Source: Candidatus Omnitrophota bacterium
Lineage (GTDB): Bacteria > Omnitrophota > Gorgyraeia > Aquiviventales > Aquiviventaceae
Assembly: GCA_016192545.1 (NCBI GenBank)
Contig: JACPTX010000028.1
Coordinates: 8,686 to 72,685 of the forward strand
Reading direction: 5' to 3'
Length of the DNA: 64,000 bases
The translations under genes were made by a program, and so were the position numbers. How positions within the stretch are numbered: the first letter of the stretch is position 1; every line of letters begins with the position of its first letter. The notes beneath the pieces were generated by a model. That model made no database searches, was not told where the DNA came from, and saw only the letters and a program-made list of their open reading frames with translations. Positions 26,284 through 38,503 of this stretch are shown in pieces.

Positions 26284-27672
26284 CTAGACTTTCTCAACCG
26301 TCAATTTTAATCCCTGCACGCTGAGCACCCGGACCCGCTCGCCCTGGCGGATCGGCGCCGCGCTGGTCGCGTTCCACAGCTCGCCGTGGACGAAGACCAT
26401 CCCGTCCGGGTCGAGATTCGTCGAGGCCGTCCCCAGCTCCCCCTGCAGCCCCTGCGGGCCGGTCGTGACCGGCTGGGTCTGCGAGCGCAGCGCGCGCTGC
26501 ACGACGAACAGGACGATCGCCGCCAGCGTCGCCACGGTCGGCAGGATGACGTACAGGGAAATCCGCAGCGCTGGCTCGGCATGTCCCACCAGCATCAGGC
26601 TGCCGAGCGTCAGGGCGATGACCCCGCCCAGCGCGAGCAGCCCGTGGCTGACGACCTGCACCTCCGCAATCAGCAGCAGGACGCCGATCCCCATCAGCGC
26701 CAGCGCCGCGTAGTTGATGGGCAGCGCCTGGAACGCGTAGAGCGCGAGGATGAGGCAGATGAGGCCCGCGATGCCGGGGAAGCCGATCCCCGGATGGGTG
26801 AACTCGAAGATCAGCCCCAGCGTGCCCAGCAGCATCAGCAGATAGGCGATGTTCGGGTTCGTGATGACCGCCAGGAACTGCTCGCGCGGGCTCATGACGA
26901 TGGTCGCGGGGCGGGCCTCGGCCGTCGCCAGCGTCCGGGTGCCGTCCGGCAGCTCCACGGGCCAGCCGTCGATCTTCTGCAGCAGATCCTCGAGGTCCTT
27001 GGCGATGAGGTCCACGATGTGCTCCTGCACCGCCTCGGCCTCCGTCACCGAAACGCTCTCCGTCACCGCTTTCTTCGCCCACGCCTCGTTGCGGTGCCGC
27101 GTCCTGGCGATCGTCGTGACCCAGGCGACCGTGTCGTTGATGATCTTGTCGGCCATCGGGTCCTTGGATTCTTCCTCGACGATCTCTTCCTCGTCCGGCT
27201 TGGACGGCTTGCCGAACTCATCCTTCGCGGCGCGCTTGATCCGCTTGATGAGCTTCTTCACCGGCCCGCCGCCCTCGCCGACCGCCACCGGATGCGCCGC
27301 CCCGATGTTCGTCGAGGGCGCCATCGCGGCGATGTGGCCGGCCAGCGTGATGAAGACGCCGGCCGAGCCGGCCCGGGCCCCCGACGGGGCGACGTAGACC
27401 ACCACCGGCACGCGGGCGTTCATCAGGCGCTTGACGATGGCGCGGGTGGATTCCAGCAGCCCGCCGGGGGTGTCGAGGAGGACGACCAGGCACTCCGCGC
27501 CGTCCTGCTCGGAGCGCTCCACCGCCTTGACGAGGTACTGCTGCGTGACCGGGCTGATGATCTGGTTGTCCAGCTCGATCACGTTGACATGCGCCGCCCA
27601 GCCTAGCGCGGGAAGGCTGAACGCGGTTCCCGCGAGGATGGTGGCGAAAAGGGTCAGACAAACTCGCTTCAT
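26284..27672 (-). CDS. nfeD: NfeD membrane-bound serine protease
   Basis: LDTPGGL, AGSAG, MAPSTNIGAAHPV, C-terminal V.VHGELW; partner of slipin; ATG just downstream of tRNA-Ala. Confidence 0.9.
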   Translation of the reverse strand: MKRVCLTLFATILAGTAFSLPALGWAAHVNVIELDNQIISPVTQQYLVKAVERSEQDGAECLVVLLDTPGGLLESTRAIVKRLMNARVPVVVYVAPSGARAGSAGVFITLAGHIAAMAPSTNIGAAHPVAVGEGGGPVKKLIKRIKRAAKDEFGKPSKPDEEEIVEEESKDPMADKIINDTVAWVTTIARTRHRNEAWAKKAVTESVSVTEAEAVQEHIVDLIAKDLEDLLQKIDGWPVELPDGTRTLATAEARPATIVMSPREQFLAVITNPNIAYLLMLLGTLGLIFEFTHPGIGFPGIAGLICLILALYAFQALPINYAALALMGIGVLLLIAEVQVVSHGLLALGGVIALTLGSLMLVGHAEPALRISLYVILPTVATLAAIVLFVVQRALRSQTQPVTTGPQGLQGELGTASTNLDPDGMVFVHGELWNATSAAPIRQGERVRVLSVQGLKLTVEKV

Positions 27673-27689
27673 AGTGTGAGATGCAAAGA

Positions 27690-27766
27690 TGGTGGAGCAG
27701 ACGGGGATCGAACCCGTGGCCTCGTGTATGCCATACACGCGCTCTCCCAGGCTGAGCTACTGCCCC
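27690..27766 (-). tRNA. tRNA-Ala(GGC)
   Basis: GGGGCAG acceptor with G3:U70, CGTGT-AT-GGC-AT-ACACG anticodon arm, GGTTCGATCCC, encoded CCA. Confidence 0.95.
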
Positions 27767-27894
27767 ACAGAAATCTGAGACCGCTAACATAGCACGCCGG
27801 CCTCGTCGGTGTCAACGTAAGGCGAGTGCCGCAGTCGCGAGTGGTGGACGGTTGCGTTGCTCTCGTCGGCGGCTCATGATAAGATAGCCGTTCC

Positions 27895-28791
27895 ATGCGT
27901 ATTGGTGTCCATGTCTCCATCGCCGGCGGACTGCTGGAATCCCTCGCCCGTGCCAAGCGATTGTCCTGCAATACGATGCAAATCTTCAGCCGCAGCCCAC
28001 GGGGCGGGCCGGCGCCGGCGCGCACCGATGAGGAGCTGGACGATTTCGACCGGGCCAGGCGCGCAGCCGGCATTGACCCGTTGGTCATCCACGCGCCCTA
28101 CATTATTAATCTGGCCTCGCCGGACCGGCGCGTGTTCGGCTTCTCCATGGCGCTCTATCAGGAAGAGTACCGCCGCGCAGCGCGGTTGGGCGCGCAGTAT
28201 CTCGTGACGCATGTCGGCAGCCACCGCGGAACCGGCGAGCAGGCCGGCATTGCGCGGGTCGCCGAGGCGCTCAACCGGACCCTGGCGGATGGCGAGTCGG
28301 ACGTCATGATCCTGCTGGAAAACACCGCCGGCTCAGGGCAGGGGCTGGGCTACGCGTTTGAGCAATTGGCGGCGATGCGGGCACAGGTCGCGAGGAAGGA
28401 GCGCGTCGGATTTTGCCTCGACACCGCGCATCTGTTCGCCGCGGGATTTCCGATTCACACCGAGGAGGGGCTTGAGGAGACGCTCGCGCAGGCCGACCGG
28501 ACCCTGGGGCTTGAGCACGTGAAGCTGGTCCATCTCAACGACTCCAAGAGCGCCTTCGACAGCCGCGTGGACCGGCACTGGCACATCGGCACCGGGCAGA
28601 TCGGCCGCGAGGCGATGCGGCGGATCGTCACCCACCGCCGCTTGCGCGACCTGCCCTTCATTCTGGAAACGCCGAAGAAAACGCCGCAGGATGACCCGCG
28701 CAATCTCCGGACGGTCCGGGGATTCGGGGTCACTCGAAAGGGCCACGCACATGAAACCTCCCGCACCCGCAGCCGTCCAGCAGCTCGCTGA
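27895..28791 (+). CDS. nfo: Endonuclease IV
   Basis: GVHVSIAGG, HAPY.INLAS, LENTAG, CLDTAH, HLNDSK, DRH.HIG.G, LETP. Confidence 0.95.
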   Translation: MRIGVHVSIAGGLLESLARAKRLSCNTMQIFSRSPRGGPAPARTDEELDDFDRARRAAGIDPLVIHAPYIINLASPDRRVFGFSMALYQEEYRRAARLGAQYLVTHVGSHRGTGEQAGIARVAEALNRTLADGESDVMILLENTAGSGQGLGYAFEQLAAMRAQVARKERVGFCLDTAHLFAAGFPIHTEEGLEETLAQADRTLGLEHVKLVHLNDSKSAFDSRVDRHWHIGTGQIGREAMRRIVTHRRLRDLPFILETPKKTPQDDPRNLRTVRGFGVTRKGHAHETSRTRSRPAAR

Positions 28792-29059
28792 CTTGCTCGC
28801 GCGCCTGGCCGTTTCGATTGAGCAGGGACAGCCCACCGGCTTCGTCCAACACGTATTGGCGGATGCCCAGGCGCAGTGCGAGCAGGCGGCGGTGAAGGCG
28901 CCCGCCGACCTGAAGATGCTCCTGGCCAATTTTATGGACGCGCTGCGCGCCTGGTACAACGTCTGGCCGACGATGGGCGCCAGGCCGGAGTTCCGGCAGG
29001 CGGTCTCGCGCGAAGCCCGCCAGTGGTCCCATCGCGTGTTGGAACCGCCGACGTCGTAG
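28751..29059 (+). CDS. Small helical hypothetical protein
   Basis: ORF with typical codon usage overlapping the nfo end. Confidence 0.55.
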   Translation: MKPPAPAAVQQLADLLARLAVSIEQGQPTGFVQHVLADAQAQCEQAAVKAPADLKMLLANFMDALRAWYNVWPTMGARPEFRQAVSREARQWSHRVLEPPTS

Positions 29060-29086
29060 CGGTGGGGTCGCCAGGCGGCGGTCGGC

Positions 29087-29767
29087 GTGCCAGTCTTTCA
29101 GCAGTTCGGACCCTCGCACCTGACGGCTCTGCTGCTGATGCTGGCAGCAGGAGCAGTGCTCGTCGCGAACGCCAAGCGTCTGCGCAGTGCCGGCGATGAT
29201 CGCCTCGTCCGACGCATCCTGGCGGCTGTCCTCGTCGGCAACGAAGTCGGCTCGTGGGGAGTGGCGGTGGTGCAGGGACGCTGGGGGCTGCCCTGCCAAC
29301 TCTGCGACCTGGCGGTGTTCCTGATGGCTTGGGCGCTCCTCGGGCGCCGCCGTCTCGTTGGGGAAATCGCGGTGCTGTGGGGGCTGGCGGGCAGCGTGCA
29401 GGCGGTCCTGACGCCGGATCTGTCGGAGGGCTTCCCGTCGTATGCGTGGGTCCAGTTTTTCCTCGGCCACTGCGCCGTCGTGCTGAGCGCGGTGTACCTG
29501 GTGGCACGGGGGCGTGTCCATCTGACGAGTGCGTCGGTGTGGCGGGTGTGGCTCGTCAGCAATGTCTATGTCGTCATCGCGGGACTGTTGAACTGGCAGC
29601 TCGGCACCAACTTCGGGTACCTGGCCCGCAAGCCCGCGCATCCGAGTCTGTTGGATGCGCTCGGGCGGTGGCCGTGGTACATCGTAGGAGTGGAGGGCAT
29701 TGCGCTGGCGTTGTTTTTCTGCTGCGTCGGATTCGCCAGGCTGGTGGATCGTTGGGCGCGCGCATGA
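29087..29767 (+). CDS. YwaF-like integral membrane protein
   Basis: FG.SH, LP.QLC, QA.LTPD, FF.GH, N..YL..KP, SLLD.LG.WPWY. Confidence 0.85.
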   Translation: MPVFQQFGPSHLTALLLMLAAGAVLVANAKRLRSAGDDRLVRRILAAVLVGNEVGSWGVAVVQGRWGLPCQLCDLAVFLMAWALLGRRRLVGEIAVLWGLAGSVQAVLTPDLSEGFPSYAWVQFFLGHCAVVLSAVYLVARGRVHLTSASVWRVWLVSNVYVVIAGLLNWQLGTNFGYLARKPAHPSLLDALGRWPWYIVGVEGIALALFFCCVGFARLVDRWARA

Positions 29768-29770
29768 GGA

Positions 29771-30100
29771 ATGCGGATGGCTGACCCACTTGAGATTGTC
29801 GTGGAGGGAACCCCGAACCCCAACGCGGCGAAGTTCACCCTCAACCGCGTCGTCGCCACGCAGGGCAAAACCTATCGTGACGCGGCCGCCGCCGATGCGC
29901 CGTCCTTCGGCAAAACTCAGGACGGCGGCCTGAGCGAAGTCGAATGGCCGCCCTGGGCCAAGGCGCTGCTGGCCATCCCCGGCCTCGTCCAGGTCTTCGC
30001 GGTCAACAACTTCATCTCCGTCACCAAATCCCCCGACGCCGAGTGGGACATCCTCGTCCCGCAGGTGGAAGAAGAGCTGAAGAAGGCGTTCAGCGCATGA
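29771..30100 (+). CDS. NifU N-terminal (scaffold) domain protein carrying an in-frame palindromic insertion
   Basis: TPNPNA.KF, L..IPG..VF...NFISVTK...W. Confidence 0.8.
   Translation: MRMADPLEIVVEGTPNPNAAKFTLNRVVATQGKTYRDAAAADAPSFGKTQDGGLSEVEWPPWAKALLAIPGLVQVFAVNNFISVTKSPDAEWDILVPQVEEELKKAFSA
29899..29952. mobile_element. In-frame double-hairpin element (CCTTCG..CTCAGG / TGAGCGAAGTCGAA family)
   Basis: Adds PSFGKTQDGGLSEVEWP between DA and PWAKALL; same motifs as the comEC insert. Confidence 0.7.
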
Positions 30101-30345
30101 TCCAGACGTTGGGCCTCATCGCGGCCGTGGCCATGCCGCTGTGGAATATTCCGCTGATCGTGCGGATTGAGCAGCGGAAATCCTCGCGGGACATCAGCGT
30201 GCCGTGGGCATTGGGCGTGTTCGGGTGCATCCTCCTGATGCTGCCGGCCGCGCTCGACTCGCCGGACGCCATCTTCAAGGCGTTCGGCATCGTGAACACC
30301 GTGCTCTTCGGCGCCGTCGTCATCCAAATCCTCCGCTACCGATAA
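30097..30345 (+). CDS. Small PQ-loop/SemiSWEET-like membrane protein
   Basis: 3 TMs, P..I.RI..RKSS.DIS. Confidence 0.7.
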   Translation: MIQTLGLIAAVAMPLWNIPLIVRIEQRKSSRDISVPWALGVFGCILLMLPAALDSPDAIFKAFGIVNTVLFGAVVIQILRYR

Positions 30346-30353
30346 GTCCTCTA

Positions 30354-32852
30354 ATGGCTGACAAATACCCGTTCGCGGAAATCGAGCCGAAGTGGCAGAG
30401 ATACTGGGAAGAGAAGAAGCTCTTCCGGGCGGTGGACGGCGACGCCAAGCGGAAGAAGCTCTACGTGCTGGACATGTTCCCGTACCCGTCTGGCGCCGGG
30501 CTGCACGTCGGGCACCCGGAGGGCTACACCGCGACGGACATCTACTGCCGGTACCAGCGGATGCGCGGGTTCAACGTCCTGCACCCGATGGGCTGGGACG
30601 CCTTCGGCCTGCCCGCCGAGCAGTACGCGATTGAGACCGGCACGCACCCCTCCGTGACGACCCGCAAGAACATCGAGACCTTCCGCCGGCAGATCACGCG
30701 CTTCGGCTTCTCCTACGACTGGGACCGCGAGGCGGACACGACCGATCCGAAATACGTCAAATGGACCCAGTGGATTTTCCTGAAGCTGTTTGAGCGCGGG
30801 CTGGCCTACATGGCGGAGGCGCCGGTGTGGTGGTGTACAGGTTGCGGGACCGTGCTGGCGAATGAGGAAGTGGTGGACGGCACGTGCGAGCGCAAGGGCC
30901 ATCCGGTCGAGCGGCGCCCGATGCGCCAGTGGATGCTGAAAATCACCGCCTATGCCGAGCAGCTCCTGAACGACCTGGAGCAATTGGACTGGCCCGAGCA
31001 CATCAAGCAGATGCAGCGCAACTGGATCGGCAGGAGCGAAGGTGCCGACGTCTGGTTCACGCTCGATCCAAAGAACGCCTCAGTGCCGGATGGCGTGATT
31101 GATGGCGCGCGCGTGCGCACGCGCGAGGGCAAGATCGAGCTCAAGATTTTCACGACGCGCCCCGACACCCTCTTCGGCGCCACGTACATGGTGCTCGCGC
31201 CGGAGCATCCGCTGGTACCGGTCGTGACCACGGATGCGCGCCGGAAGGTTGTCGAGGGTTACCGGCAGGAAGCCGCGCGCAAGAGCGAGCTGGACCGGAC
31301 CGATCTGGCCAAGGAAAAGACCGGCGTGTTCACCGGTGCCTACGCCGTGAATCCGGTGAATCAGGAACGCGTTCCGATTTGGATCGCGGACTACGTGCTG
31401 GCGACGTACGGCACCGGCGCCATCATGGCGGTGCCGGCGCATGACCAGCGCGACCTGGAATTCGCCCTGCAGTTCGGGCTCGACGTGCGCATCGTCGTCG
31501 TGCCGGAGGACCGCGCGCTTGAGCTGGCCGGCCTGACGCAGGCGTATGAAGATGCGGGGCGGATGCATGACTCCGGACCGTTCACCGGCCTGCCGAGCGA
31601 AGAGGGAAAGTGGAAGGTCGTCGAGTGGCTGAAGGCGCGCGGTCTTGGTGAGCGCACGGTCCACTACAAGCTGCGCGACTGGCTCTTTTCCCGCCAGCGC
31701 TACTGGGGCGAACCGATCCCCATCGTGCATTGCTCGACCTGCGGCACCGTGCCGCTTCCGGAATCCTCGCTTCCGCTGCTCCTGCCGGAGATGAAGGACT
31801 TTCAGCCGGCCGGAACAGCCGAGCCTCCGCTCGCCAAGGCCAAGGAGTGGGTGAAGACCGCGTGCCCGGCGTGCCGCGGGCCTGCCGAGCGCGAGACCAA
31901 CACGATGCCGCAGTGGGCCGGCTCCTGCTGGTATTACCTGCGCTATCTGGATCCGCGCAACGGCCGTCTGGCCTGGGATCCGGCGAAGGAGCGCTACTGG
32001 ATGCCGGTGGACCTGTACGTCGGCGGGGCGGAGCACGCGGTGCTGCACCTCCTCTACGCGCGGTTCTGGCACAAGGTGCTGCATGACTTGAAGCTTGTCT
32101 CGACGCCGGAGCCGTTCCAGCGGCTCATCAACCAGGGGCTCATCCTGGGCGAGGACGGCGAGAAAATGTCCAAGTCGCGCGGCAACGTCGTGAATCCCGA
32201 CGACGTCATCGCGGCGCACGGCGCCGACGCCTTCCGGCTGTATGAGATGTTCCTGGGCCCGCTGGAGGCGGTGAAGCCCTGGAGCACGCGCTCCATCGAA
32301 GGGGTGGACCGGTTTCTCCAGCGGCTGTGGCGGCTGGTCATCACGGCCGAGGGCGGGGTGAACCCGGCGGTCAAGGATGTCGGAGTGAGCGGGGAATTGA
32401 ACGTCCTTATGCACCAAACCATCCGCGACGTCACCGGCGACGTCGAAGGGTTGCGGTTCAACACCGCGATTTCCAAGTTGATGGTGCTGCTGAACCGCCT
32501 GGCCGATGAATCCGCGATTCCGAAGCCAGCCATCGAGACGTTCGTGCTGCTGCTCTCGCCGTTTGCGCCGCATCTGGCTGAAGAATTATGGAACCGGCTC
32601 GGGCACAAGGACAGTCTCACGTATGAACCGTGGCCGTCGCATGACGCGGCGGTGCTGCAGCAGGCGAATGTCCTGATGGTGGTGCAGGTCAACGGCAAGG
32701 TCCGCGCGCGCCTCACCCTGCCGGCCGGCGTCAGCGAGGAGCAGTTGAAGGCGGCGGTGCTGGCGGATGAGGCCGTGAAGCGCCACCTCAACGGCCAGCC
32801 CATCAAGCAATTCATCGTCGTGCCCAAGCGCCTCGTGAACATCGTCGTTTGA
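30354..32852 (+). CDS. leuS: Leucyl-tRNA synthetase
   Basis: [37 protein letters not shown]. Confidence 0.98.
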   Translation: MADKYPFAEIEPKWQRYWEEKKLFRAVDGDAKRKKLYVLDMFPYPSGAGLHVGHPEGYTATDIYCRYQRMRGFNVLHPMGWDAFGLPAEQYAIETGTHPSVTTRKNIETFRRQITRFGFSYDWDREADTTDPKYVKWTQWIFLKLFERGLAYMAEAPVWWCTGCGTVLANEEVVDGTCERKGHPVERRPMRQWMLKITAYAEQLLNDLEQLDWPEHIKQMQRNWIGRSEGADVWFTLDPKNASVPDGVIDGARVRTREGKIELKIFTTRPDTLFGATYMVLAPEHPLVPVVTTDARRKVVEGYRQEAARKSELDRTDLAKEKTGVFTGAYAVNPVNQERVPIWIADYVLATYGTGAIMAVPAHDQRDLEFALQFGLDVRIVVVPEDRALELAGLTQAYEDAGRMHDSGPFTGLPSEEGKWKVVEWLKARGLGERTVHYKLRDWLFSRQRYWGEPIPIVHCSTCGTVPLPESSLPLLLPEMKDFQPAGTAEPPLAKAKEWVKTACPACRGPAERETNTMPQWAGSCWYYLRYLDPRNGRLAWDPAKERYWMPVDLYVGGAEHAVLHLLYARFWHKVLHDLKLVSTPEPFQRLINQGLILGEDGEKMSKSRGNVVNPDDVIAAHGADAFRLYEMFLGPLEAVKPWSTRSIEGVDRFLQRLWRLVITAEGGVNPAVKDVGVSGELNVLMHQTIRDVTGDVEGLRFNTAISKLMVLLNRLADESAIPKPAIETFVLLLSPFAPHLAEELWNRLGHKDSLTYEPWPSHDAAVLQQANVLMVVQVNGKVRARLTLPAGVSEEQLKAAVLADEAVKRHLNGQPIKQFIVVPKRLVNIVV

Positions 32853-33211
32853 TGGGATGGCTGACGGCGCAGGAGCGGGTGACGCTCGCGGTGCTGGGGG
32901 CCGCGGCGCTGGCCGGGCTGGGGATCTTGGGATGGCAGCAGCGTCGCCCGCCGATCACGGTGGAGGTTGGACCGCTGCTCCCCTCTGCCGAGTGGGATGC
33001 GCGGCTGCAGGCGTCGAAGATCGTAGACCTCAACCGCGCCACCGTCGAGGACTTGGAACGGCTGCCGGACGTCGGCCCGGCGACGGCGAAGAAGATCCTC
33101 GACTATCGCCGGCAGCACGGGCGGTTCAGGCGGGTGGAAGATTTGCTCGATGTGCAGGGGATCGGCCCCAAGACCCTTGAAGAACTCAGGGACGACGTGA
33201 CCGTACACTAG
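32852..33211 (+). CDS. comEA: ComEA-like helix-hairpin-helix DNA-binding protein
   Basis: DLNRAT.E.L..LP.VGP..A..I..YR..G.F..VEDL..V.GIG.K. Confidence 0.88.
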   Translation: MGWLTAQERVTLAVLGAAALAGLGILGWQQRRPPITVEVGPLLPSAEWDARLQASKIVDLNRATVEDLERLPDVGPATAKKILDYRRQHGRFRRVEDLLDVQGIGPKTLEELRDDVTVH

Positions 33212-33222
33212 CAACTCATCGG

Positions 33223-33390
33223 ATGGGAAACCTCGGACTCGGAGAGCTGGCTGTCATCGCCGTGATCGCCTTGGTCGTCATCGGCCCCCGGCGGATGCCG
33301 GACGTCGCGCGGGCGCTGGGCGAGGCGGTCCGGGCGTTTCAGGAGGCGCTGAAGGGCGGCGCCTCCAAGGACGACGGGACTGATGAGTAA
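33223..33390 (+). CDS. tatA: Twin-arginine translocase TatA/E subunit (55 aa, not in the ORF track)
   Basis: MGNLGLGELAVIAVIALVVIGPRRMPDVARALGEAVRAFQEA. Confidence 0.85.
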   Translation: MGNLGLGELAVIAVIALVVIGPRRMPDVARALGEAVRAFQEALKGGASKDDGTDE

Positions 33391-33999
33391 TCCACGCAGG
33401 GCGTTCCTCGCGTCGGTGCTGGCGTTGGGGACGCTGTCCGTGCTGGCCACCCAGGGGGTGTTGAAGGGCGCGGATCAGCAGATCGCCGTGTGGTTCCTTC
33501 CCCTTCACTCCCGGTATTTGGATGGCCCGATGCAGGTCCTGGCGTGGTTCGGCGGCTCGACGTGGACGATTCTCGCGCTCTTGGGCCTCGGCGCGCTGGC
33601 CTGGCGGCGGGGCGGGAACGCCGGGGCCCTGGCGTTGACCGCGACCTTTTTGGCCGGCGCGCTGCTGCAGGTCTTCCTGCGGTTGTGGGTTTCGCAGTGG
33701 CGGCCCGACGCGGGCGCGATTCCCGCCTCGATGGACCTGCTCACGCGCTTTGAGCTGGCCGGCTTTCCCAGCGGGCACGCCTACCGGTCCGCCTTCCTCT
33801 TCGGATGGATCGCGCGCGCAGCCGTTGGCACGCGGTGGGAGCGCCTCCTCGTGCCGGGATGCGCGCTGATGGTCGGCCTGGTCGGGATCACGCGCGTGTA
33901 TCTCAACCGCCACTGGGCCTCCGACGTGCTGGGGGCCTGGCTGGTGGTCCTGACGATGCTGTCCCTGGTCCGGTGGTGGGAGGAGCGCCGGAGCGTCTA

Positions 34000-34000
<1 letters not shown>
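33383..34000 (+). CDS. PAP2-family phosphatase
   Basis: RP, FPSGH, TRVYLNRHWASDVLG. Confidence 0.88.
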
Positions 34001-36009
<2,009 letters not shown>

Positions 36010-36028
36010 GTCGTTCATCCTCCTCGCC

Positions 36029-38503
36029 ATGCGCGCCCCGCTGGTTCCTGCCGCCCTCCTCTTCATGCTGGGGATCCTCGCGGCGTCGTTGCAGCCGCTT
36101 GCCTGGGGACCCCTCGTCGGAATCGGGAGCGCGGCGGCCGTCCTGGCGTGGCTGTTCCGGCGTCGGCCGTGGGTGAGCGCCCTCGCGCTCCTCATGCTGT
36201 GGGGCGCGCTCGGCGCGCTGCGCTACACGCTCTGGGCGCACCAGCCGGTCCATCACGTGGCGCGCCTGGTCAGCGAGGAGCCCGCGCGGGCCGCCGTCCA
36301 CGGCGTGGTGGTCGAGGATCCGGTCGAGCTCTTCGCGCCGCACGAGCCCTTCGACTCGGCTTCGCCTCGCTCAGGGCGAATGGTGAGCGAAGTCGAACCA
36401 GAGCCCGAACAGCAGGTGTGTGTCATTCGGGCCCGGCATGTGCGGGCGCGTCAGGCGCCGTGGCGGTCGGTTTCCGGGCTGATCCGGACGAAGCTCCAGC
36501 AGCCCCGCGTCGAGCTGGCCTACGGCGATGAGGTGCTGGTGGAAGGCGCCTGGTCGTCGGTCCGCGGTCCCGGCAACCCCGGGCAGTTCGATTGGCGCGC
36601 GGCGCTCGCCCGGCAAGGCGTGCAGGTCGTGCTGTCGGTGAAGCCGTCCGACGGCATGGCGCGCCTGCGGACAGGGCAGGGCGCCTGGTGGATGCGCGCC
36701 GTGACCGCGCTGCGGGCGCGCATCGAATCGCTGCTCAGCGCGTCATTCAGCGAGCATCATGCGGGGCTGCTCCGGGCGATTCTGCTGGGCGAGCGGGTCG
36801 CGCTCGATGAGGACCTCAAGCAGGCGTTCATCGAAACCGGCACGATGCACCTGGTGGTCATCAGCGGCTTCAACGTGGGGCTGATCGCGGTGCTCCTTGA
36901 GTTGTTCCTCCGGGTGGTCGTGGGGCTGTCGCGGCGTCCGCGCCTGCTGATCACCGCGGCAGGGTTACTAGGGTACTGCCTCCTGACCGGGATGCAGCCG
37001 CCGGTCGTCCGCGCGACGCTCATGGCCTGGGTGGTCCTGGGCGCGCTGTGGATGGACCGCCTGATCAGTTGGCCCAATACGCTCGCGGCGGCCGCCCTGG
37101 TCATCTTGTGGGCGCAGCCGGCTCAGCTCATGGATGCGGGGTTTCAGTTGTCCTTCGGGGCGGTGGCCAGCCTCCTCATCTTTACCGGGCGCATGCAGGC
37201 GCTGCTGGAGCCGCATCTGCCCATCCGGCTCGAGCGCCTGCGGCGCTACGTGGCGGTCAGCCTGGCCTCGACCCTGGCGATCTGGGTGGGGTTGTGGCCC
37301 GTCCTGGCGTGGTACTTCCATCTCGTGTCTCCGGTGTCGGTCCTCGCGAATCTCGTGCTGGTGCCGCTGGTCAGCCTGTTGGTGGGGTTGGGGACGGTGG
37401 TGGTGCTGCTCGGGACGGTGACGGCCCCCGTGATGCACTGGACCACCGGCTGGCTCGCGTGGCTGGTGGATGTGACGGTCGGGTGGGTGCACGCATTCCA
37501 CCAGGTGCCGCTCGGCTGGTGGCCGATTGGGCATCCGGCATGGCCGGTGATTGTGGGCTACTATCTCCTCGTCGGGCTGTCCGTGTGGCGGCAACGAATT
37601 CGGCTGAGCCCTGGATGGGCGGCGGTCTGCTGGCTGGCCGGGATCAACCTCTGGATCTGGACGGGGGTGGGCGCGGAGGCCCGCGCGCCGAAGCGGCTGG
37701 AGATCACCGTCCTGGATGTGGGGCATGGGGATGCGATCGTGATCCGCACTCCCAGCCGGCAGACGCTGCTGGTGGATGCCGGCACGCAGGATGCCGGACG
37801 CTATGCGGTGGTGCCGTTCCTGCGCGCGCAGGGGTATCACACGCTCGAGGCGCTGATTCTGACGCATCCTGATGAAGATCACGTCGGCGGCGCAGTCGCC
37901 GTCTTGAAGCATCTGCGCGTCAGGCAACTGCTCACCAATGGGTTTGAGGCGTCCAGCCGGACCGCCCAGCAGGTCTTCGCGCTCGCCGATGAGCGGCGGG
38001 TGCCCAGGGCGCGCGTCACGGCCGGGACGATGTTGGCCGGCTCCCCGGCGGTCACGATGACGGTGCTGCATCCGCCGCCGGGGTTCGTGCCCGGCACGCG
38101 CCCGGCCTCCAACGACAATTCCGTCGTCATGCGGGTGGCCATGGACAAGTTCAGCCTGCTGCTCTGCGGAGACCTTGAGGAGCGCGGGGTCCCGTGGCTG
38201 CTCGCCGGCGGAGGGCCGCTGCGCTCGACGATCCTGAAAGTCCCGCATCACGGCAGCGCCTTGGGGGCTGCCCAGCGGGTGTTCTTCAGGGCGGTGAATC
38301 CGAGGGCGGCCATCCTCAGCGTGGGACGGCTGCACGACCTCCCTGACCGGGAAGTCCTGAGCGACCTTCGGGACCTCGGTGCGCGCCTGTTCCTGACCAG
38401 GCGCGACGGCGCGATCATCGTGCGGACGGATGGCACGCGCCTCTTCGTGCATACCTATCGGCAGCGCCCGCCGACACGTGCCCCGCAAGGTCCGGTCACC
38501 TGA
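36029..38503 (+). CDS. comEC: DNA uptake channel ComEC/Rec2
   Basis: NPG.FD, G.MHLVVISG.N, GFQLSF, LDVGHGDA, THPDEDH, KVPHHGS. Confidence 0.92.
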   Translation: MRAPLVPAALLFMLGILAASLQPLAWGPLVGIGSAAAVLAWLFRRRPWVSALALLMLWGALGALRYTLWAHQPVHHVARLVSEEPARAAVHGVVVEDPVELFAPHEPFDSASPRSGRMVSEVEPEPEQQVCVIRARHVRARQAPWRSVSGLIRTKLQQPRVELAYGDEVLVEGAWSSVRGPGNPGQFDWRAALARQGVQVVLSVKPSDGMARLRTGQGAWWMRAVTALRARIESLLSASFSEHHAGLLRAILLGERVALDEDLKQAFIETGTMHLVVISGFNVGLIAVLLELFLRVVVGLSRRPRLLITAAGLLGYCLLTGMQPPVVRATLMAWVVLGALWMDRLISWPNTLAAAALVILWAQPAQLMDAGFQLSFGAVASLLIFTGRMQALLEPHLPIRLERLRRYVAVSLASTLAIWVGLWPVLAWYFHLVSPVSVLANLVLVPLVSLLVGLGTVVVLLGTVTAPVMHWTTGWLAWLVDVTVGWVHAFHQVPLGWWPIGHPAWPVIVGYYLLVGLSVWRQRIRLSPGWAAVCWLAGINLWIWTGVGAEARAPKRLEITVLDVGHGDAIVIRTPSRQTLLVDAGTQDAGRYAVVPFLRAQGYHTLEALILTHPDEDHVGGAVAVLKHLRVRQLLTNGFEASSRTAQQVFALADERRVPRARVTAGTMLAGSPAVTMTVLHPPPGFVPGTRPASNDNSVVMRVAMDKFSLLLCGDLEERGVPWLLAGGGPLRSTILKVPHHGSALGAAQRVFFRAVNPRAAILSVGRLHDLPDREVLSDLRDLGARLFLTRRDGAIIVRTDGTRLFVHTYRQRPPTRAPQGPVT
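36344..36406. mobile_element. In-frame double-hairpin element in comEC flanked by GAGCCC direct repeats
   Basis: cccttcgactcggcttcgcctcgctcagggc-gaa-tggtgagcgaagtcgaacca encoding PFDSASPRSGRMVSEVEP. Confidence 0.7.

Noticed and set aside
27673-27738. ORF-track N-terminal extension of nfeD
   Set aside because: It overlaps tRNA-Ala; the signal peptide begins at ATG 27672
25357-27766. Genomic island integrated at a tRNA
   Set aside because: No integrase, no duplicated tRNA 3' end, no compositional shift
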